The translations under genes were made by a program, and so were the position numbers. This document shows positions 54,983 through 64,000 of a stretch of DNA of 64,000 nt, in pieces. The DNA is taken from the NCBI RefSeq assembly GCF_001194135.2, contig NC_068982.1, positions 158,783,949-158,847,948 of the forward strand. The letters run 5' to 3'. The notes under the pieces are model-generated. The model did not search any database, was not told the DNA's origin, and saw only the letters and a list, made by a program, of their open reading frames with translations. The DNA is from Octopus bimaculoides. Its lineage: Eukaryota. The first letter of the stretch is position 1. Each line of letters opens with the position of its first letter.

Positions 54983-55393
54983 TTACTCTTTTACTCTTTT
55001 ACTTGTTTCAGTCATTTGACTGCAGCCATGCTGGAGCACCGCCTTTAGTCGAGGAAATCGACCTAGGACTTATTCTTTGTAAGCCTAGTACTTATTCTAT
55101 CGGTCTCTTTTGCCGAACCACTAAGTTACGGGGACCCCAAACACACCAGCATCGGTTGTCAAGCGATGGTGGGGGGACAAACACAGACACACAAACACAC
55201 ATACATATATATATATATATACATATATACGACGGGCTTCTTTCAGTTTCCGTCTACCAAATCCACTCACAAGGCTTTGGTCGGCCCGAGGCTATAGTAG
55301 AAGACACTTGCCCAAGGTGCCACGCGGTGGGACTGAACCCGGGACCATGTGGTTGGTAAGCAAGCTACTTACCACAGAGCCACTCCTGTGCCT
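54983..55393 (-). mobile_element. tRNA-derived SINE, family B, near-intact
   Basis: Minus: aggcacaggagTGGCTCTGTGGtaag (A box)..GGTTCAGTCCC (B box)..ttgggcaagtgtcttctactatagcctcgggccgacc..internal (TA/TG) tract..tail (aaagagta)n. Confidence 0.9.
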
Positions 55394-55409
55394 AGAAATA
55401 TATAATAAT

Positions 55410-55915
55410 GGTTTCAAATTTAGAACAAGATCAGTACTTTCGGCAGCGGAGAAGTCGATCACATTGATCCGAGTGTTCAACTGGTACTTATTTTATCGAC
55501 CTCGATATGATGAAAGGGAAAGTCAACCCCGGCGTAATTTGAACTCAGAACGCAAAGACAGACGAAATACATTTTGCCCAGCGTGGTAAAGATTCTTTCA
55601 GCTAACTGCCTAATGAGATATACTTTAAGAAATAAATAAAATGCCATAGAAAAAGGGGAGATGCATTTTCGAAGGGATAAGTTAATAATGAAGGGTTGAG
55701 TAATTATTGGTTTCATATTATGGAACAGAGCCAGTAGCTTTCGATGAGAGGAACACGTCAATTATATTTACGTCAATAGTTCACGCGTACTTATTTTATC
55801 TACTCCGAAACGATAAAAAGTAAGTCTTTTTTGGTAGAATCTGAACTTCGAACGTAAACGCAAGCGAAAGGCTGCTATGCATTTTGAAAAGCGTGCTAAA
55901 GATGCCGCCAGCTAT
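55410..55915 (-). mobile_element. Two family A SINEs (55410-55610 and 55770-55915)
   Basis: gtgttcaactggtacttattttatcgacc..aaagtcaaccccggcgtaatttgaactcagaacg, and a more decayed second copy gtacttattttatc..gaacgtaaa..atgcatttt. Confidence 0.8.
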
Positions 55916-56926
55916 CCTCCTTAAGACATGAGTTAATAATGAAGGAAGTTAATAATAAAAGTGATACTGTAGAAGAAAATTCGTTGGGGAAAGAGAAATA
56001 GAAGAAAGAATAGCGAAACATAAAGACAGAATAAGTTACGGAATCGGTCCGTTTTGCTGACACACTTGAAGTACAATTTTGTGCACATTCATATGAATGC
56101 AGATACGCATTATTTAAAACACAGGGTGATCTTATGTTACGAAAATGGTGAGGTACAGGTTGCATAGAGGCAGTCAAAGCTGAAATTATCCATATGCTCC
56201 TCATTAACACTCTAATGGTTATGAGAAATCTAAAGACGAAAAGAAAGACGTGAATGTACGTAAATTTGATGTATGTATACATCAGATGTGCGTATATACA
56301 CTCACAGAGACCTCTAGGCACACATCTGATGGGAGAAGAAAAACGAAATGGAATGGGAGAAATAATAAGCAGTGAGAGAATGGAGAAAAAAGAATGGGTT
56401 ACAAGAAAGTAGTAACAAAGAGAGACGGTGAGGGTAATAAATTACAATAAATTAAATAAGAACTACGATAAAGAATCAAGAGAATGATGAAGAGGGAAAT
56501 CTATGTAAAGGAACAGAAGACCGGTAAAATGAAAGAAAAATTACGAAGAGGAAAAATATGATTACATGATATTGTGTCCATAATTATAATGCTTCTATTT
56601 ATTATTTATTCCGAGATAATATGTGACCAAATAGATATGCGATAAAATTCCTTGCTAGGGAAGAAAACACATTATCATGCGCTTGCAGAATGGTTTTCAT
56701 TGTCCCACTCGAAGTTCGAATGAAAAAAATCACAGCATTCACTTCTGTTCTTAGATTGATATTCCGTAAGATATGTATACGTACGCACTCATATATGTAT
56801 ACATGTACACACTCACAAACATACATTCATACATACATACAAACATACATATGTACATACATACATATACATACACACGCGCTAGCGAACACACACGCAT
56901 GCTCGCTTGCATACATACAAACATAC

Positions 56927-56991
<65 letters not shown>

Positions 56992-57654
56992 NNNNNNNNN
57001 NNNNNNNNNNNNNNNNNNNNNNNNNNNNNNNNNNNNNNNNNNNNNNNNNNNNNNNNNNNNNNNNNNNNNNNNNNNNNNNNNNNNNNNNNNNNNNNNNNNN
57101 NNNNNNNNNNNNNNNNNNNNNNNNNNNNNNNNNNNNNNNNNNNNNNNNNNNNNNNNNNNNNNNNNNNNNNNNNNNNNNNNNNNNNNNNNNNNNNNNNNNN
57201 NNNNNNNNNNNNNNNNNNNNNNNNNNNNNNNNNNNNNNNNNNNNNNNNNNNNNNNNNNNNNNNNNNNNNNNNNNNNNNNNNNNNNNNNNNNNNNNNNNNN
57301 NNNNNNNNNNNNNNNNNNNNNNNNNNNNNNNNNNNNNNNNNNNNNNNNNNNNNNNNNNNNNNNNNNNNNNNNNNNNNNNNNNNNNNNNNNNNNNNNNNNN
57401 NNNNNNNNNNNNNNNNNNNNNNNNNNNNNNNNNNNNNNNNNNNNNNNNNNNNNNNNNNNNNNNNNNNNNNNNNNNNNNNNNNNNNNNNNNNNNNNNNNNN
57501 NNNNNNNNNNNNNNNNNNNNNNNNNNNNNNNNNNNNNNNNNNNNNNNNNNNTTATTGCCATCACCAATACTATTATTAGCAAAACACACACATCATCCAA
57601 GAGGGGGAAAGAATAATCGACGGCACGCAACCTACCATCGTTATTTTCTTACAG

Positions 57655-57717
57655 AATGTAAACAAACCGGTCAACCGAAATCCAGCGACGTGGGATACCC
57701 TATTGAAACGTGCATAG
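57655..57717 (+). CDS. Candidate 63-nt symmetric (phase 1-1) exon, (E)CKQTGQPKSSDVGYPIETCI
   Basis: Acceptor cgttattttcttacag|, donor tag|gtttgg, length 21 codons, open frame. No recognisable homolog. Confidence 0.3.
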   Translation, partial: NVNKPVNRNPATWDTLLKRA

Positions 57718-57816
57718 GTTTGGCTTATTGTGGTTGTTTCTGTTATTATAATTGTTGCTGCAATAAAATATCTTCAATGCATTGATTTTGAGCTCTATCC
57801 TTTAAGAGACATGTAT

Positions 57817-57864
<48 letters not shown>

Positions 57865-57996
57865 GATTTAAAGTTCGGATACTGATATGTACCTTTCTTT
57901 ATAATATATATCAACGTTGATAGCTATGTCATCTTTTGTTACCATAATAGCGAGTAATGGTGATTCTGTGTTGCTCATTTTCTTTTCACGTTACAG

Positions 57997-58028
57997 ATGT
58001 GTGCGCAGATCGTTCAGGAGGGTGCTGA
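57997..58028 (+). CDS. Candidate terminal exon (D)VCADRSGGC*
   Basis: Strong acceptor ttttcttttcacgttacag|; in phase with 57655-57717. Confidence 0.2.
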
Positions 58029-58089
58029 ATGTTTCTTACAAGATTGCTAAGATTTGACCGCACTATGAAACAATCATCAAGATATTGGT

Positions 58090-58240
58090 ATCGAATTTTG
58101 GCACAAGACCAGCAACGATGGGGGATGAGATAAGGGAATTATATCCACCCCATTGCTCAACTGGTAATAATTTTATCGACTTCAAATGGATGAAAGACAA
58201 AGTCGATCTCAGCGGAATTTGAACTCAGAACGTAAAAACG
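58090..58240 (-). mobile_element. tRNA-derived SINE, family A
   Basis: aattttggcacaagaccagc..tcaactggtaa..ggatgaaagacaaagtcgatctcagcggaatttgaactcagaacgtaaa. Confidence 0.85.
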
Positions 58241-58754
58241 TCTTTTTTGACGTCTGAATATACACGATTCCTTTCTACATGATTTTAACTAAAATTTCTC
58301 TGACACGCGCTGTTGTGTTAGCCCGCTTACCAAGCTGTGAGAGCGAAGCCGCACGCTGCTTTATTATAATTTTTTTTTCTTTTATGAATAACACTCTATC
58401 AATATGAACTATGCGGGCGCATTCACCCAACCTTGATGTCTAAGCCGCTTGCTGATATGTTAGAAGGCAGCTCCTGACATACAGCTTCTTGGCGCTTACT
58501 GGAAATTATTTCAAGGACAAATTCAAGCACTCCACTACAATTATCAGTTGTGAAACATAAATGTCGGTTAATACTGCTACTATATAAACCTGAAAATTGC
58601 TGAAAGCATGAAAGCTCTTGACTTATAATACGTAATATTGTAAAATTGTAGAGTACAAAAATAAGACATATAAGCGAGACCACACTTGAATTTCATCGAC
58701 TTATATATTTACCTGGAAACGACCATACAACATCTAATATATATTTAACTTTGA

Positions 58755-59135
58755 ACTTTTAGTTATTGGAGCCGAAACGGGACATCGCTTTGAAGAAATA
58801 TTTTCGAATGTCTGAAGCCCACTGCTTATATTTTTTAAACCTGGTACTTATTCTTTCAGTCTCTTTGCCGAATAACTAAGCTGCGGGGATGTAAACACAT
58901 AAAACTCCGGTTGCCAAGCGGTAGTGGTGGTGTACAAATATATACACACATGTACAGACACACGCACACAAACATATACTACGGGTTTCTTACAGTTTAG
59001 ATTACCAAATCCATTCACGAGGCTTTTCTTGGCCTAAAGCTATAATAAGAGACACTTTCTCACTTTACTCTGCAGTGGTACTGGATGTAGAACTCAGTGG
59101 TTAGGGCACAAGCGTCTTATCATACAGCCACGCAT
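58755..59135 (-). mobile_element. tRNA-derived SINE, family B, degenerate
   Basis: cctggtacttattc..tctctttgccgaa..ggttgccaagcg..accaaatccattcacgaggc..catacagccacgc align with 54983-55393. Confidence 0.75.
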
Positions 59136-59468
59136 ATTTATATATCAGTCGTGTTTCGCCTGAAAATACTGTACAACAAGCAGACCTACATACTGAAATT
59201 ACCTACCAAAACATCATGTAATCCATTTTAGCTTCTCTTTTAACCATCAGGGACATTTCTATTCTTAATTTCAATTCTTCGTTTAATTGGAATTATAAGT
59301 ATTAGCATTCAATAGTTAACTCTTGCAATTTGAATCGGAGCAAATATTAGAGCTTGTAAGAATTTAATCGTTACGAAATAATTTCACCCTTTTACTAAAA
59401 GTATCTTTTTCGTTTTCTTTTCTTTTACTATATGTTTATAAACCTACTAATACCATTTTTTTTTACAG

Positions 59469-59527
59469 TTTGCTGTGAATGCTGCAAACAGAAGAGAAAA
59501 TACGACCTTCCGCATTGTTCACATTAA
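59469..59527 (+). CDS. Candidate terminal exon (V)CCECCKQKRKYDLPHCSH*
   Basis: Acceptor ccattttttttacag|; phase-1 frame is Cys-cluster plus basic; followed by more than 2.5 kb of repeat-poor AT-rich sequence. Confidence 0.3.
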
Positions 59528-62500
59528 CACTGCAGAATGACTCCTTTATTTTTGTCGCTACAGTTTGGATGATAAATATTTGGTTCTAAAGTGAATGTTG
59601 TCATACGATTAGTAATCTGATGTTGTAAAAGCTTTCTTTAAATCTCTCACACATGATCATAAATACATACACAAGTACACGTATATGTAAGGTGGGATCA
59701 TTGCCAAAATGTCCAAAGATTGCGGTTCATATTTCTTCATTTTCTAGCGATTCTGTACAGACCTTTGTTTTAGATGTTCCTAGTCTTACTCTTCCGGAAT
59801 CCTGTCTCACGAAATATAGGCATTTTCCCATCATCTACCAAGATGAGCTCAAAGCTAATATCAATCACATCAATCTCATCAGTCTCTGCTTTGCCTCTAT
59901 AACTTTTCTCCTGAACTATTTCAGTCAAAAATTATTAACTTTTATGTTTAAAAAAAAAGAACACATATTATGTAGTATTATTTAATAGTATTTGCCTACT
60001 TGGGAAATAACAATTTATCCATTAGCAACTATTTCAAATTTAATATTTCCATATTGTCAAGCGTTATTTTCTTTTATATCTCTTCTTAACTTTGATATTT
60101 TGTATATTGATTCCTTTGTCTTCTGGCTTCTTTCTTTCGCACAATTCTTTTCTTTAAAATTTTCTTCGTTTAGCCAAATTATATTAAAACAAATGAATAC
60201 AGCTGCGTTGAAAAGGAACAAATAATTCCCCGCAGTATGCCCTTCTACAAATTCTAGAAATACATAACAAAATAATACAAAGAAGAAAAAAACCTCTGGT
60301 ATTTTTCATAAAATTTTGCTTCGTTATTTGAATTGAATAACAACAGCTAACAGGAACCCAATAAGCTGGTTCGATAAAAGAACAAAAAAAACCTAAAAGA
60401 CAATGAAATGATGGAAAATAAACGGAAAACAGACAATAGTTCACTGTATGATATAAAGGTTGTAGCTACTGAATAGGTCAGTAGATATTAAGCGAGTCAT
60501 ATGATTAGGAAATTTTCTTGAAGTAATATAATCACAAACTTAAGAGTAAGAAAAATGTGACCTTCCACTGTATTTCAAAATGGCTCAATGATCATTGTAC
60601 GGAAACGTAAAACTCGTATATTGAATTTATTCGTGTGGATGGAGAAAGAGAGCGATGTACTTGAAATAATTTGAAGTAATGTTCATTGCAATGAGAAACA
60701 CATAAAATTCAACATGTAATTAGAATCTCAATACAGTTCATTTTACGCTTTGAAAATTCTAATTAAGTTTAGAAATTCAAGGAATTAGAAGAAAAAAGGA
60801 TTATGCGGAAAAAATGGAATATCTTGACATCTGAAATGCTGCTTGTATTATTTCAATTAAATTGTGTAGGATGCAACACACACTTTGTTAAATATCTTTC
60901 CTTTTTCTTTTTATTTTGGGCGTTTGATATTGTCACTATTGTAATTTAGTAATTTAAAGAAATCTTTGATAACACAAAATCTGAATGCTGGTCAGCAAAT
61001 TCATAAAAGAAAATGGTAAACAGAACAAATTAATGAAATAAAACGTAACTGAACAGGTATTTCCTATAATTGATCATTCAAATTATGTTCACTGTGTTGT
61101 GTTTCAGTTCTTTTCTTTAACACAGCAGCATGCCTCCATTCAACATCCTATGCACCAAAATGTATACTAAAAGGATATTTTACGAGTGTATATAAGTTAA
61201 AGGTTGTACGACATATAAATTGAATTTTGGAATAGAAAATGTATACTGTTTAGTTTATCAGCAATTAATTGTTTTCTGCTTAATTATTTTTGCTTCAAAT
61301 GAAATAAGATTAATTGGGGCCACTGACGAAGTTATTTTGACAACAAGCCAGTGATTATATTCTAATCCATATATTGTCGAATACAATGGATAAATGTTTA
61401 CCATAAAGTTATGGCAAGGATGCAATTCATTTAATATTTAGGAAGTTGATTTTATATTCAGATACATGATGAGCAAATTTATGAGGGGCAATAATATACA
61501 TTCATCTTCTAGCAACAAGTCTATCCATAATCAATTATATTTCAAAGTAGATTTTCGTGACAGATGAAGTGTTTTCATGACTCACAAAACACAATATAAC
61601 ATCCCACTTGTAAATAAATAGATTGATGTGTATAAATATAATAAGGACGATATAATACAAAATATAGTGAACTTTAATTTTTTTAAGCAAACGACAATGG
61701 TGTAAATATATTGGGTTTAACTTATCTCTGTTACTGCGCACTAGACTCACTCCTTTCAAGTAAAGTGTATATACAAAACGTGTCGAAAATATACAAGGAA
61801 TTGAATTATTTAGCATGAGTTTCAGTTTACTTGTAGTGAGAGCCATATTTTTGAAATTTTTCGGATCTGTATACTATGCAGTATCCGGAAAAAGTATTGA
61901 TATGCTTATGATGTGATCGTTTATTAGCATTCAAATGTCAGAGTTATTTCAGTAAATGAAATTATAGGTAAACGTCTTGGCAAGCAGTTGTTCTATTCGT
62001 TTTGGAAGAATGTGAAAAGAGGAGAACTGTTTACATACGAAATGCTGAATTATTATCGTATCGCGCATCGGATTCCAATTATTTTACTGTGTGTAACAGC
62101 ACGTAATCATGAGAAAATAGCTATGTGATTGAAACAACGGCGAGACACAGTAACAAAATACTTCCCTAAAATAGTCTTCGTAATAGTGAGCACATTGATT
62201 GGTTAATGCAGTTAACGCACCTCGTTCCGGCGTGACCTTACAATCGAAACGACAACGAGAGTGAGAATAGTACTTTACTTTTACACTTAAAAAAAATGAG
62301 CCCGTATTATGGAGAGAAATGCTTTCACAGATAACCTATTGATTAGAAAGAAAGCCCTATGAGAAATTAAGGTTTCTGATTAATTATATTGCCGACATTT
62401 TCAGCCCTTTTCCCATTTTTCTTTTCGCTTTCAATCTTCCACTTTCCGTTTTCTTTATTTTCCACCACTTGTTTCTTCTCAATTTCATTGATTTATTACA

Positions 62501-63265
62501 TCATTAATGGATTGAACATAGTTTTATTTCAGTTTGTATTCGTTCTTTTCAACCATCTTTTTAAATACTAGCTCCTACAGACGAACCAACAAAACAGCTT
62601 TTACATTTTTGCTCTAACTTCAGGGATTTCCAGCCAACTCTCCCTCAATTTACACTTATCCTTCCTAACAGCAACAAGAAAAAGCATGCAAATTAAAGTT
62701 TTGTCTCAGAAGCGGAGATGCATATAGGCTGGTTACACCCTTCACACTCAGTTTCCAAACATAAAGTTAGTTTCAATGGTGGGTACTCTGGAATAAATTT
62801 AGATACTAAACAATACATTAAAATAACAGTTTTACTGCATCATAAATGCGATCTTACCCACCTATCTTTCCAGCGTGAAATATTTTCCCATTATATTTTA
62901 TATGACTTGCTAACATGTATTCCGCTCATCCTACATTACGTTTCCCAATATACTTCCTCTTAACATTTCATGACTTTTGAAAAATATGTTGTCATATATA
63001 ACATTTAATTAAGGACACTACATATAATTATACTAATTACATTGATTATAACCCTTTGATACCCATTTATATGAACCCTATATTCATTCAGATGGACCTA
63101 AATAAATGTACGGCCGTATGGATAAAACATAGCATTATCTAGATTTATCAACTAGGATAGGACAAAATTTGTTTCAGTCTCAAGCTTAACGCTTCAAAAA
63201 ATAAAATCATGCCACATAGCATAAGTTTAAATATTTCTATGTATCTCTCATTCTTTCTACATATT

Positions 63266-63267
<2 letters not shown>

Positions 63268-63358
<91 letters not shown>
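63268..63358. repeat. Compound (TA)n(GA)n microsatellite
   Basis: Direct reading. Confidence 0.95.
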
Positions 63359-63362
<4 letters not shown>

Positions 63363-63961
63363 GGACTGCATATGTGATCGTGAGTAAATGGATTTGTGTC
63401 TGTTGTCATTCGTGTAAATATAAATATTTTTTACACACACACCTACACAAGTACATGGGCACCTACACATATTTACGCGCAAACACACTACGAAGGATAG
63501 ACAGAAATATTGACTTCGGGATAATAAATGTAATCACTAGATGAAAAAAAACAGCAAACAATAAAAAGAAGGTACATAAATAGAATCTAAATCCACCAGC
63601 ATAATTTCTATAATGATTTGAGACGCCCAGAATAAAAGTACTTAACATATACATAATCAGACAGTCGACAATCAAAAATACACACGTTAGGACAATAACA
63701 CGAAATATGGTTTGTCATTTCACACTACTGAACATGTGTTATGTGAATATTTCAGGTATTCAAAGGACAGCAACAAAATATATGCGTGCATGTGTATATG
63801 TTTGTGTGTTAACACAGACAAGTACAAAGATAATGTACAATAATAATTTACACACATACAAACATGCACATGCACAAACACACACAAACACACACACACA
63901 CGCACACACACACATACACACACATCCACACACACATATATAGAAAGAGAGAGAGATAGAG

Positions 63962-63996
<35 letters not shown>

Positions 63997-64000
63997 TAGA

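Noticed and set aside
55896-56321. 141-aa minus-strand ORF with a strong internal acceptor
   Set aside because: Composition follows low-complexity flanks, the donor is weak, and there are no recognisable domains.

Overview
AT-rich, repeat-dominated eukaryotic DNA with 13 N-gaps, mostly flanked by microsatellites. The SINE families and the dense (TA)/(CA)/(CT)/(AAT) tracts point to a coleoid cephalopod, probably Octopus (inference from pattern recognition, not a database hit). No complete protein-coding gene can be supported, and nearly all ORF-track entries are gap, microsatellite or transposon artefacts. The window contains decayed transposable elements of many superfamilies: R4/Dong LINE, Tc1, three mariners (one full length with TIRs), Ty3/Gypsy, CR1 and Penelope. 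It also holds two tRNA-derived SINE families in many copies. Best leads: (1) a nearly canonical minimal type-I hammerhead ribozyme with a CUGUUGA core variant at 14523-14559 (-); (2) a recursive-splice-site/RS-exon-like motif at 38009-38075 (-); (3) two head-to-head SINE pairs that could form dsRNA; (4) candidate Cys-rich alternative terminal exons at 57.6-59.5 kb (+); (5) an internally inverted R4/Dong element bounded by TAA-type microsatellites. Repeat boundaries are approximate.
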